Numbered from the stretch's first letter, positions 32,670 to 41,957 are shown. The stretch is DNA of 64,000 nt from Pseudohaliea sp. (GCF_040217025.1 NZ_JAVJOA010000001.1:104528-168527); one strand, 5' to 3'. Numbers and translations are program-made. Notes: generated from the letters alone by a model not told the origin.

Positions 32670-33307
32670 GGTGACGGCTCCGCGCTCAAGCCGGCCAGCA
32701 GTGCCTCCCGGTCGCAGACCGGGTCCGCGCCGAACCAGATCGACCAGAGCAGCCGGGCAAAGGCGATATCCGCCACCTCGAAAGCTCGCTCGCCGTTGAA
32801 CTCGACCCGCAGGCGTCCACCCTCGAGCCAATAGAAAACCAGCCGGTCGCCGGCCGTGACCCCGCGGTCGATGCCGGCGAGGAACCGCTCGATGGTGTCA
32901 TCGGCCGCCTCAAGCCAGGCAGGCTGCGCATTGCGCCGCAGGCTCTTTGCGAATTCGCTGCGGATCCGCTCCACGCCGAGGTCCCGCTGAAAGTGAAGCA
33001 TCAGCGCCTTGCTGCGGTCATCCGCCAGCACGGCCTCCGGAGTGAGTGCCGGGCGGTCCTCGATCGCAGCATAGTGAGCGATTTCATAGACCCGGAAGAC
33101 GAAAACCACACGCGCGGACTCGCCCGTGAACTGCAGCTGGTGGCGCTCTCCGTCCAGGTGCAGGCTGAGGGCCTGAGGAAACGCCGCAGCCCACACGGTC
33201 TCGCAGGCAAACAACAGAGCGAGGACCGGCAGCGCGCGGAGCGGCCACAAACGGCGGTCTCCCGCGGACCGGCGCGAGGTCGAGGGCGTTGCTAGGGACG
33301 CTACCAT
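32666..33307 (-). CDS. Chalcone-isomerase-like (fatty-acid-binding fold) exported protein
   Basis: Signal peptide ...LRALPVLALLFACETVWA. FRVYEIAHY and the C-terminal FARLLWSIWFGADPVCDREALLAGL match the bacterial Chalcone_3-type pattern. Confidence 0.7.
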   Translation of the reverse strand: MVASLATPSTSRRSAGDRRLWPLRALPVLALLFACETVWAAAFPQALSLHLDGERHQLQFTGESARVVFVFRVYEIAHYAAIEDRPALTPEAVLADDRSKALMLHFQRDLGVERIRSEFAKSLRRNAQPAWLEAADDTIERFLAGIDRGVTAGDRLVFYWLEGGRLRVEFNGERAFEVADIAFARLLWSIWFGADPVCDREALLAGLSAEPSP

Positions 33308-33607
33308 GGCTCCAGCCTTTACCTGACAGCCCAGTGTAGCGCACATTCGCCCGGCAACGACGATGGGAGAGGCGCAGGCAGGCAGTCGATCTCGACGCTG
33401 CACCCCCCGCATCCCGCGATCTGCAGCTCGTCATCGTGGCCGCCTGCGATAGCCTTAGAGCGGACGCCCGGGCACGCCGCGCAGCTAGGGCCTGACGGTG
33501 CGCAAGGTCTTCGAGGATGCACCGGCGCGGGCCGTTCCGGGCGTCGACGGGCGCGGCCGAGGCATTTCCGGTAGGATCGAAGCGTCGGCCCTGCGGGCCT
33601 CACCGAG

Positions 33608-34864
33608 GTGCTTCCCGTGTCAAAACTGCGTTTTCCTGTCGCCCTGGTGGCACCGCTGTCGATCTTCGCCGTGGCTGCCGCGAGCAACGCCGAGGTCACG
33701 GTCGGCAACCCCGCAGTAGCCTGTGCCGAGGACCCGGCCTGCATGAACCGGATCCATCCCGCCATACCGATGGTCGCCACGGCGGAGCCGGGGGAGCGCA
33801 TCGTGTTCGTCGGTCGCGATGCCTTCGACCTCTCCCTGGACCCCGACGAACTGTCCAGCGCGCCGGCCATCCCGCGTGAAGGCATCGGCATCGTCCACGC
33901 GCTGACCGGCCCGGTCGCCATTCGTGGGGCACGGGCGGGCGATGTGCTGGCGGTCACCATCGAGGCGCTGGAGCCGGCGGCCGTAGGCTGGACCGAGGCC
34001 GGCCCCTTCGGCTTTGCCGGGGAGCAGTTCGGACAGGACGGGCGCTTCATCGTCTGGCGCATCAATGAGGAATACGCGGTCAGCGATGCGTTACCGGGGG
34101 TGCGTATCCCCAATGCCGCATTCCCCGGCGTCGTGACCACGCTGCCCGGGGAGCGCCTGCTGGCGGAAGTGCTCGAGCGGGAAGGGGAACTGCTGGCACT
34201 GGGCGGCACAGTGCTGCCCCCCGATCCCGTTGAGGCGCAGCCCGCAGCGCTGTGCGGCCCCGGGGGAACGCGGGCTTCCGAGTGCCTGCGCACGATCCCG
34301 CCGAGGGAGCACGGCGGCAACATGGATATCCGCTACATCACCACGGGGACCACCGTCTACCTGCCCTGCCAGATCGATGGCTGCGGCCTGGCGGTGGGTG
34401 ACTTTCACTACGCCCAGGGCGATGGCGAGGTGTCCGGGACGGCCATCGAAATGGGCGGCGAGCTCACCGTGACCACGCGCATTGTGAACGGTGGGCCGGA
34501 CCTGTCCCACGGCCCGCACTATGAAGGTCCCGCGTCGGTGCTGCGCATCCCCTCCGAACGCTTCTATGCGGTCACGGGTTTCCCGCTCAAAGCGCCGGGC
34601 AGCGTTCCCGCGAACATGGCCTACCTGGCTTCGGACCGGGTCGCCGGCCTCTCGAACCTCTCCGCTGATGTTCACCTCGCCGCACGCAACGCGCTGGCTG
34701 CGATGATCGATTACATCGTGACGGAGTACGGCTACGACCGGGCTCAGGCCTACATGATCGCCAGCGTCGCAGTCGATCTGCGGATCGGGCAGCTGGTCGA
34801 CGTGCCGAACGTCGGCGTCACCGCCGTGCTGCCGCTGGACATCTTTACCGGCGAACGGCACTGA
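33608..34864 (+). CDS. Acetamidase/formamidase-family amidohydrolase with signal peptide
   Basis: GNMDIRYITTGTTVYLPCQIDGCGLAVGDFHYAQGDGEVSGTAIE is the FmdA/AmdA core. The N-terminal LRFPVALVAPLSIFAVAAASNA looks like a Sec signal. Confidence 0.85.
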   Translation: MLPVSKLRFPVALVAPLSIFAVAAASNAEVTVGNPAVACAEDPACMNRIHPAIPMVATAEPGERIVFVGRDAFDLSLDPDELSSAPAIPREGIGIVHALTGPVAIRGARAGDVLAVTIEALEPAAVGWTEAGPFGFAGEQFGQDGRFIVWRINEEYAVSDALPGVRIPNAAFPGVVTTLPGERLLAEVLEREGELLALGGTVLPPDPVEAQPAALCGPGGTRASECLRTIPPREHGGNMDIRYITTGTTVYLPCQIDGCGLAVGDFHYAQGDGEVSGTAIEMGGELTVTTRIVNGGPDLSHGPHYEGPASVLRIPSERFYAVTGFPLKAPGSVPANMAYLASDRVAGLSNLSADVHLAARNALAAMIDYIVTEYGYDRAQAYMIASVAVDLRIGQLVDVPNVGVTAVLPLDIFTGERH

Positions 34865-35040
34865 CCGCTCGTGCCGCTGCCGTCGTGATCCGCGCCGCCG
34901 TCGACACGCCGAAGGTCCCCGGAGGCGCGACCAGCAGGGCTATCTGCTAAGTACACAGGCCGGGGCAGTAGTCAGAGTGGCAGGCAAGGGGTCGGTAGGA
35001 GTCTTTCTGGTCCGCTAGCCACCTGATTTCAGGCGATTAA

Positions 35041-35130
35041 TGGCGGAGGGGGTGGGATTTGAACCCACGGTACGCTCGCGCGTACACCTGATTTCGAGTC
35101 AGACCCGTTCGACCACTCCGGCACCCCTCC
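35041..35130 (-). tRNA. tRNA-Ser (anticodon CGA)
   Basis: The reverse complement folds as GGAGGGG acceptor, D-arm GCCGGAGTGGTCGAACGG and anticodon stem-loop TCTGA-CT CGA AA-TCAGG. It also has a long variable arm, TPsiC GGTTCAAATCC and an encoded CCA. Confidence 0.93.
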
Positions 35131-35186
35131 GTGAGATCCCGCGACGGGGCGGCGATGATACCAGCACGCTTGCCGCGATGCCTACC

Positions 35187-35228
35187 CCGGACGCCTGCTA
35201 ATGGTCCGACCGCCGGACCGGCGTCCGG
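35187..35228. repeat. Nested GC-rich hairpin (9-bp outer and 6-bp inner stems)
   Basis: CCGGACGCC-tgctaat-GGTCCG-accgc-CGGACC-GGCGTCCGG, read directly, between the tRNA-Ser and MFS genes. Confidence 0.4.
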
Positions 35229-35367
35229 CGTTGTGCCAGGCGCCACGTCGCCGTGCTAACCTCCGGACTGACGCTCGTGGGGCCAGCTCGTGGCAGCGCT
35301 GCCACTGCGCAGTCCGTCCTGGCATGGCTGCGCCGGCTCAGAACGATAACAAGACAGGTTCATCGCT

Positions 35368-36675
35368 ATGGAGCAGCCAAGGGCTACCCCTGCAGGCCCC
35401 GACGACAACCCCTACCGGAGCACAGCGGCCTGCTGGTACGCGCTGGGACTGCTGACCGTCGTCTACACCTTCAACTTCATCGACCGGCAGCTGCTCGCGA
35501 TCCTGCAGGAAGCGATCAAGGCCGAGCTGTCCCTGTCGGACAGTCAGCTGGGGCTGCTGACAGGTTTTGCCTTCGCGATCTTCTACGTGACAGCGGGGAT
35601 ACCCATCGCCCGCTGGGCGGACCGCAGCAACCGGCGCAACATCGTCGCCCTGTCGCTGTTCATCTGGAGCGGGATGACGGCGCTAAGCGGTTACGTGCAG
35701 AACTTCCTGCAGCTGCTGCTCGCGCGGATCGGCGTGGGCGTCGGCGAGGCCGGCGGCAGCCCGCCCTCGCACTCGATGATCTCCGATATCTTTCCGCCGA
35801 ACCGGCGCGCCACGGCCATCGGCTTCTACTCCATGGGCGTGAACATCGGCATCCTCTTCGGGTTCCTGGCCGGGGGCTGGCTGAACGAGTTCTTCGGCTG
35901 GCGTGTCGCCTTCCTGGTCGTGGGCATTCCCGGGGTCGCCCTCGCCCTGCTGCTGCGCCTGACGCTGCGCGAGCCGATCCGGGGGCTGCACGACAATACG
36001 GGCGCCAACCCGGACCCGGTGCCCTTCGGCGAAGTGCTCAGGGTGCTGCGCACGCGGCGCACGTTCATACACATGGCGCTGGGCGCGGGCCTGAATGCCT
36101 TCTGCGGTTACGGCATCGCCAACTGGACCGCCTCCTTCATGATCCGCAGCTACCAGATGCCGACCGGTGAACTGGGCACCTGGCTGGCGGCGATCATCGG
36201 CCTCGGTGGCGCCGCGGGCGTGTTCCTGGGGGGTATGCTGGCGGACCGGCTGGCGCCCCGCGACCAGCGCTGGTACACGTGGGTACCGTGCATCGCCGGC
36301 TTCGTCGCCGTCCCCTTCATGGCCGCTGTCTACCTCGTCGACGGCGCCTACCTCGCCCTCGGCATGTCGATCGTCCCCGGCCTGCTGTTCCAGACCTACC
36401 TGGGCAACACCATCGCGACCACGCACGCCATCGTCGGCCCGCGCATGCGCGCCACCGCCTCGGCGCTGCTGTTCCTCGTGATCAATATCATCGGTCTCGG
36501 TGCCGGGCCCTATACCGTGGGCCTGGTAAGCGACCTGCTGGCACCGACCCTGGGCAGCGAATCGCTGCGCTACGCCATGCTCTACGTGCTGCCGCCGGTC
36601 ATGACCTGGTCGGCCCTGCACTTCTGGCTGGCCGGGCGGAGCCTGCGCGAGGACCTGGCGGCGGCGCCGGCCTAG
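35368..36675 (+). CDS. MFS transporter (Spinster-like subfamily)
   Basis: 12 predicted TM segments. FNFIDRQLLAILQEAIKAELSLSDSQLGLL and GIPIARWADRSNRRN are MFS motif-A-like. Confidence 0.88.
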   Translation: MEQPRATPAGPDDNPYRSTAACWYALGLLTVVYTFNFIDRQLLAILQEAIKAELSLSDSQLGLLTGFAFAIFYVTAGIPIARWADRSNRRNIVALSLFIWSGMTALSGYVQNFLQLLLARIGVGVGEAGGSPPSHSMISDIFPPNRRATAIGFYSMGVNIGILFGFLAGGWLNEFFGWRVAFLVVGIPGVALALLLRLTLREPIRGLHDNTGANPDPVPFGEVLRVLRTRRTFIHMALGAGLNAFCGYGIANWTASFMIRSYQMPTGELGTWLAAIIGLGGAAGVFLGGMLADRLAPRDQRWYTWVPCIAGFVAVPFMAAVYLVDGAYLALGMSIVPGLLFQTYLGNTIATTHAIVGPRMRATASALLFLVINIIGLGAGPYTVGLVSDLLAPTLGSESLRYAMLYVLPPVMTWSALHFWLAGRSLREDLAAAPA

Positions 36676-36697
36676 GCGCTCCCGGGCCGGGAGCGCC
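36675..36697. terminator. GC-rich hairpin between convergent genes (10-bp stem, 3-nt loop, no U tract)
   Basis: GGCGCTCCCG-ggc-CGGGAGCGCC, starting at the last base of the MFS stop codon. Confidence 0.4.
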
Positions 36698-36708
36698 CTG
36701 CCCAGTCC

Positions 36709-39700
36709 TCACCCATCCGCCGCGAGCGGCGGGACGACGTGGGGAATCCCGTTGTCACCCGCCCAGCCGTTGACCGGTTCAAGGTACTCGTCCTCGATCC
36801 GGGTCAGCTCGGCGCGCAGCGCCTCCCACTGCGTTTCCAGGTCCGCCAGGCGCTCCCGCGCGCCGTCGGTAATCGGCGCACCGCCATCCTCGACCACGTC
36901 CAGGAGGTGGCGCAGCTGCCCGTCGAGCTTCATGACCCAGGCGTCCTCGTCCTCGAAGGTCTCGTGGCGTAGCTCGGTAAGCTCCGCTTCCCAGGCATCG
37001 ATGGCCTTGATGGCCGCCGCGCCCCATTCGGCGAGCGCCGGGTCATCGTGATCGGCGAGCAGTCCCCGCACCTGGCGACGGGCCTCGCGGGCGCCATCCA
37101 GGGCACCGAGGACGGCCTCCAGCATGGTGGCCACGCGCGCCTGCATCGCGACCCAGGCGGCGAGTTCCTCGCCGGTCGCGTCCGAGCGCGGATCCGGCAG
37201 CACTTCGACGGGCGCGGTCGCCGACGACTCACCGGCGCTTACCCGCACCGTGTAGCGCCCCGGCGCGACGGGCGGGCCGTCGTAACCTTCGAAGAGGATG
37301 TGGTTGTCGATGCAGCGCACGTCGTCCCTGTGCAGGTCCCAGGCCCAGCGCTGCAGACCGGCCTCCGTGGCCGGATAGTCGATCGTCAGTGGGCGCCGCG
37401 GGTCCTGGTTGTCCAGGCGGCAGCGATCGTGGTCTGTCTCCTCGCTGCTGTAGCGGCGCAGTACGGTGCCGTCGGCATCCAATACCTCGATCGTCAGCGC
37501 GGCGTCGGCCGGCACGGTCTCGCCGAGGTAATAGTAGATCGGCAGGTCCGGCGACGGGTTCTCGCCCTCGAAGTTGCCCGCGCTGCTCCCCGGGCGACCC
37601 ATGGCCAGCGCCGGCGGCGCGTACACGTGTACCGAAGCCTCTGCGTTGGCCGCCACTGCCTGGCGCACGACGAACAGGTCGTCCAGCACCCAGAAAGCCC
37701 GACCCTGCGTGGCCACCGCCAGGGCGTCCTCGCGAACGCGCAGGTCGGTGATCGGTACCGCCGGCAGGTTGAGATCCAGGGACTGCCAGCTGTCGCCGTC
37801 GTTGTAGGAAACGAACAGTCCCTTCTCCGTGCCGGCATAGAGCAGCCCGGGCACTTCCCGGTCCTCGCGGACCACGCGCACGAAGGCGCCGTCGGGGATG
37901 TTGCCCTCGATGCGCTCCCAGCGCTTGCCGTAATTCGTGGTCCTGTAGATGTAGGGCGCAAAATCGTCCAGCTTGTAACCCGTGACGGCGACGTAGGCAG
38001 TCCCCTCGGCATGGGGTGACAGCTCGATTGCGTTGATCATCGCCTCGCCGCGGTGCGGCGGAGAGATGTCAGTCCAGTTTTCGCCGCCGTCACGGGTCAG
38101 ATGCACGAGGCCGTCGTCGGCGCCGACCCAGAGCGTGCCCTCCTCCCGCTCGGACTCCACGATGTAGAAGATGTTGTGGTAGAACTCCGCGCCGACGTTC
38201 TCCGGCGTCAGCGGACCGCCGTTCCGGCCGAGGTGCTCCGGGTTGTTGCGCGTGAGGTCCGGGCTGACCCGTTCCCAGCTCATGCCGCGGTCCGTGCTCT
38301 TCAGCAGGTACTGGGTGCCGTAGTAGATCACCGAGTGGTCGTGCGGCGAGGTGATGACCGGCGCGTTCCAGTTGGTGCGGTACTTGAGATCCTTCGCGTC
38401 CGCGCCGTAGACCCGCTCCGGATAGGGCACGATGTAGCGCTTCTTCTGGTTTGCCTCGTTGAACTCGGTGAGCGTGCCGTTGATGGTCGTGGCATAGATG
38501 AGTGTCGGGTCGTCCGGGTCGAAGGCGATGTGCGCGCTCTCGCCGCCGCCCACCGCGTGATAATCGTCGCGGCCGATGGCGCCGTCCCAGGCCCAGGCGG
38601 CGATGGAGACCGTGGAGTTGTCCTGCTGGCCGCCGTAGAGGCGCCAGGGCACCTGGTTGTCGGTGATGAGCCGGTAGAACTGCGCCGTGGGCTGGTTATC
38701 GATCGGCGACCAGGTCTCGCCGCCGTCGAAGGTCACGGTAGCGCCGCCGTCGTTGCCGTTGATCATGTTGCGGCTGTCGTCCGGGTTGATCCAGTGGTCG
38801 TGGTGGTCGCCGTGCGGCGTGGACACCTTGCTGAAAGTCTCACCGCCGTCGATGGACTTCATCAGCGGCACGTTGAGCACCCAGACCGTGTCCGGATCGT
38901 TCGGATCCGCGGTGAGGTGGATGTAGTACCACGCCCGGGTATGCAGCACCCGGTGCGGGTTGATGTGCTGCCAGCTCTCGCCGTAATCGTCGCTGCGCCA
39001 GAGGCCGCCCTCGCCGGGCTCGGCCTCGATGACGGCGTAGATACGCGACGGCTGGCTGGCGGATACGTCGAGCCCGACCTTGCCGATCAGGCCGGGCAGA
39101 CCCCCTTCGAGCTTCTCCCAGCTGTCGCCGCCGTCGCTGGACTTGTAGATGCCGCCGCCCTCGCCGCCGGACTCGATGTACCAGGGCTTGCGGCCGTGGT
39201 GCCACAGGCCGGCGTAGAGGATGCGCGGGTTGGTAGGGTCGAGGGAGAGATCGGTCGCGCCGGTGCTGGCGTTGACCTTGAGCACGTGCTCCCAGGTCGC
39301 GCCGCCGTCGCGGGTGCGGTAGACACCGCGTTCCTCGTTGGGCGCCCAGATCTGCCCCTGCACGGCGACCCAGGCCGTGTCCGGATCCGTCGGGTGCACC
39401 TCGATCTTCGCGATCTGCCCGGCCTTCGGCAGCCCCATGAAGGTAAAGCTCCGGCCCGCATCGGTGGACTTCCACAGTCCCTCACCCTGGCTCGTGGTCA
39501 CGCCGCGGATGGGCGCCTCACCGGTGCCGACGTAGATCACGTTCGGATCGGAGGGGGCAACGGCGATGGCGCCGATGGTGCCGACGGGAATCTCGCCGTC
39601 GGAGATGTTGTCCCAGGTCGCGCCGGCATTCTCCGTCTTCCACACGCCACCACCGGCGGCGCCCATGTAATAGAGCTGTGGATTGCCCGGCACGCCGGTC

Positions 39701-39855
39701 ACCGCGGTGACGCGGCCGCCGCGCCAGGGGCCGATGAGGCGGTATTCCAGGCCGTCGACCAGGGAGGCATCGACAGCGGATACCGCTTGTGGGATCAGTG
39801 CCGCGCCGCCGACGGCGGCGGCCAGGCAGACGGTGCGATACAGGGAACGCAGCAT
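36709..39855 (-). CDS. Large exported BNR/Asp-box (sortilin/VPS10-like) beta-propeller protein
   Basis: Signal peptide MLRSLYRTVCLAAAVGGAALIPQAVSA. It has at least 8 SxDxGxTW-type Asp-boxes (STDAGRSF, TRDGGATWE, SSDGGDSWE, SIDGGETFS, TFDGGETWS, STDRGMSWE, TRDGGENWT, YNDGDSWQ). Confidence 0.85.
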   Translation of the reverse strand: MLRSLYRTVCLAAAVGGAALIPQAVSAVDASLVDGLEYRLIGPWRGGRVTAVTGVPGNPQLYYMGAAGGGVWKTENAGATWDNISDGEIPVGTIGAIAVAPSDPNVIYVGTGEAPIRGVTTSQGEGLWKSTDAGRSFTFMGLPKAGQIAKIEVHPTDPDTAWVAVQGQIWAPNEERGVYRTRDGGATWEHVLKVNASTGATDLSLDPTNPRILYAGLWHHGRKPWYIESGGEGGGIYKSSDGGDSWEKLEGGLPGLIGKVGLDVSASQPSRIYAVIEAEPGEGGLWRSDDYGESWQHINPHRVLHTRAWYYIHLTADPNDPDTVWVLNVPLMKSIDGGETFSKVSTPHGDHHDHWINPDDSRNMINGNDGGATVTFDGGETWSPIDNQPTAQFYRLITDNQVPWRLYGGQQDNSTVSIAAWAWDGAIGRDDYHAVGGGESAHIAFDPDDPTLIYATTINGTLTEFNEANQKKRYIVPYPERVYGADAKDLKYRTNWNAPVITSPHDHSVIYYGTQYLLKSTDRGMSWERVSPDLTRNNPEHLGRNGGPLTPENVGAEFYHNIFYIVESEREEGTLWVGADDGLVHLTRDGGENWTDISPPHRGEAMINAIELSPHAEGTAYVAVTGYKLDDFAPYIYRTTNYGKRWERIEGNIPDGAFVRVVREDREVPGLLYAGTEKGLFVSYNDGDSWQSLDLNLPAVPITDLRVREDALAVATQGRAFWVLDDLFVVRQAVAANAEASVHVYAPPALAMGRPGSSAGNFEGENPSPDLPIYYYLGETVPADAALTIEVLDADGTVLRRYSSEETDHDRCRLDNQDPRRPLTIDYPATEAGLQRWAWDLHRDDVRCIDNHILFEGYDGPPVAPGRYTVRVSAGESSATAPVEVLPDPRSDATGEELAAWVAMQARVATMLEAVLGALDGAREARRQVRGLLADHDDPALAEWGAAAIKAIDAWEAELTELRHETFEDEDAWVMKLDGQLRHLLDVVEDGGAPITDGARERLADLETQWEALRAELTRIEDEYLEPVNGWAGDNGIPHVVPPLAADG

Positions 39856-40028
39856 GAGCAGGTCTCCGAAGGAAAAGGCCCGTCAGCGAGCCACAGGGGG
39901 CCAAAGCTACCGGCAGCTTCGCCCTGACTCAAGGGCCATGGTTCCTTGACGCCGCAGCAGGCCATCCCCCTTCCGGGTAGGGACGGGATGGTGATTGCCA
40001 GGCCCCGGCGCAGGACGGACAATGCGTC

Positions 40029-41873
40029 ATGCCCTTCCGCTTTTTCGAGAAACTGGTCGACCCGTTCCCGCCGGTTGCGCCGGGCCGGTCGCCGCGCTCC
40101 ATCTACCGCTTCTGCCGGCATTACTCGCGCGGCCTGGAGCCCTGGCTGCTGCTGCTGGCGCTGTTCAGCACCGCCATCGCCATCGTCGAGGTGGCGCTGT
40201 TCGACGTGCTCGCCGATGTCATCGACCTGCTCGGTGAGTTCAGCCCGGCCGAGGTTCGCGCGGGCGAGGGGCGGGACCTGCTCTGGCTCGCACTGGGCAT
40301 CCTGGCCGCTTACCCCACGCTGATCGGCCTGCAGTCCCTGCTGCTGCACCAGACGCTCATGGGCAACTTCCCGATGATCGTGCGCTGGCTGGCGCACCGC
40401 TACCTGCTGCGCCAGAGCCTGTCGTTCTTCCACGACGAGTTTGCAGGGCGCATCGCGACAAGAGTGATGCAGACCGCCCTGGCGGTGCGCCAGACCGTGA
40501 TCAAGCTGCTCGACATCATGGTCTACGTGGTCGTGTACTTCGTCTCCGTGCTCGTGCTGTTCGCGGGCATCGACCTGCGCCTCGCGATGCCGATGGCCGC
40601 CTGGCTGGTGCTCTACGTGGCGATTCTCTGGGTCGTCCTGCCGCGGCTGCAGCGGGTCTCGGAGCGGCAGGCAGATGCCCGCGCACTGATGACCGGGCGC
40701 GTTGCGGACTCCTACACCAATATCGCCACCGTCAAGCTGTTCTCCCACGCCCGCCGCGAGTCCGCCTACGCCCGCGAGGGCATGGAGGAGTTTCTCGGCA
40801 CCGTGCACCCGCAGATGCGCCTGGTCACGATCATGGACACGGCGGTGATTCTCAACAACGCGGTGATGGTGCTCGCGGTCGGGGCGATGTCGCTCTACCT
40901 GTGGCTGAACGGCGCCATCACCCCCGGCGCCATCGCCGCGGCCATCGGCCTGTGCCTGCGGGTCACCGGCATCAGCGAGTGGATCATGTGGGAAGTCTCG
41001 GACCTGTTCGAGAACATCGGCACGGTACAGGACGGGATGAGTACCCTGTCCCGGCCCATCGCCGTGCAGGATGCGCCGGAGGCGAAACCGCTCAGCGTCC
41101 CGGCCGGGCACATCGCCTTCCGCGGGGTCGACTTCTCCTATGGCGGAGTGCGCGGCGAGAGCAAGCCGGTCTTCCAGGGGCTGGACCTCGATATCCCGGC
41201 GGGGACCAAGCTCGGCCTCATCGGCCGTTCCGGCGCCGGCAAGTCGACGCTGGTGAACCTGCTGCTGCGCTTCTACGACGTCGACGGCGGGCGCATCGAG
41301 ATCGATGGACAGGACGTGCGCGCGGTCACGCAGGAAAGCCTGCGCGCCAGCATTGGCATGGTCACCCAGGACACCTCGCTCCTGCACCGCACCGTGCGCG
41401 AGAACATCCTCTACGGCCGCGAAGATGCCACCGAGGACGAGCTCATGAGCGCCATCGAGCGCGCGAGGGCCTGGGACTTCATCCAGTCGCTGGAAGACGC
41501 GAAGGGCAACCGGGGCCTGGACGCCATGGTCGGTGAACGCGGCGTCAAGCTCTCCGGCGGTCAGCGCCAGCGTATCGCCATCGCCCGGGTCATCCTCAAG
41601 GACGCACCCATCCTCATCCTCGACGAGGCGACCTCGGCGCTGGACTCAGAGGTGGAAGTGGCGATCCAGGAAAGCCTCTACGAACTCATGGAGGGCAAGA
41701 CGGTACTGGCCATCGCCCACCGCCTGTCCACCATCGCCGCCCTGGACAAGCTCGTCGTGCTCGAGCAGGGGCAGGTCGTCGAGGCCGGGAGCCACGACGA
41801 GCTGCTGGCCGCGGGCGGCATCTACAAGCGGTTGTGGGACTACCAGTCCGGGGGCTTCCTGGCCGCGGACTGA
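40029..41873 (+). CDS. ABC exporter, fused permease/ATPase (MsbA-like half transporter)
   Basis: Six-TM N-terminal domain. Walker A GRSGAGKST, signature LSGGQRQRIAIARV and Walker B ILILDEATSALD. Confidence 0.92.
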   Translation: MPFRFFEKLVDPFPPVAPGRSPRSIYRFCRHYSRGLEPWLLLLALFSTAIAIVEVALFDVLADVIDLLGEFSPAEVRAGEGRDLLWLALGILAAYPTLIGLQSLLLHQTLMGNFPMIVRWLAHRYLLRQSLSFFHDEFAGRIATRVMQTALAVRQTVIKLLDIMVYVVVYFVSVLVLFAGIDLRLAMPMAAWLVLYVAILWVVLPRLQRVSERQADARALMTGRVADSYTNIATVKLFSHARRESAYAREGMEEFLGTVHPQMRLVTIMDTAVILNNAVMVLAVGAMSLYLWLNGAITPGAIAAAIGLCLRVTGISEWIMWEVSDLFENIGTVQDGMSTLSRPIAVQDAPEAKPLSVPAGHIAFRGVDFSYGGVRGESKPVFQGLDLDIPAGTKLGLIGRSGAGKSTLVNLLLRFYDVDGGRIEIDGQDVRAVTQESLRASIGMVTQDTSLLHRTVRENILYGREDATEDELMSAIERARAWDFIQSLEDAKGNRGLDAMVGERGVKLSGGQRQRIAIARVILKDAPILILDEATSALDSEVEVAIQESLYELMEGKTVLAIAHRLSTIAALDKLVVLEQGQVVEAGSHDELLAAGGIYKRLWDYQSGGFLAAD

Positions 41874-41957
41874 CGCGTGGTTGCAGACACCATCGGCGTC
41901 GTCCGCTTGTTACACTGCCACGCTTGAGAAGTGGGTTCAGGAGGCCCGTCAAGGCAC

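Noticed and set aside
35020-35095. 11-nt identity CACCTGATTTC (35020-35030 versus 35085-35095, inside tRNA-Ser) considered as an att-site direct repeat of an integrated island
   Set aside because: It is only 11 nt and corresponds to the anticodon-arm region rather than the tRNA 3' end used by most integrases. No integrase gene is present on either side.
38053-41387. 624-aa (+, 38053-39927) and 530-aa (-, 39795-41387) ORFs
   Set aside because: They are antisense to the BNR-repeat gene and the ABC exporter respectively. Their composition is shadow-frame-like and they have no motifs.
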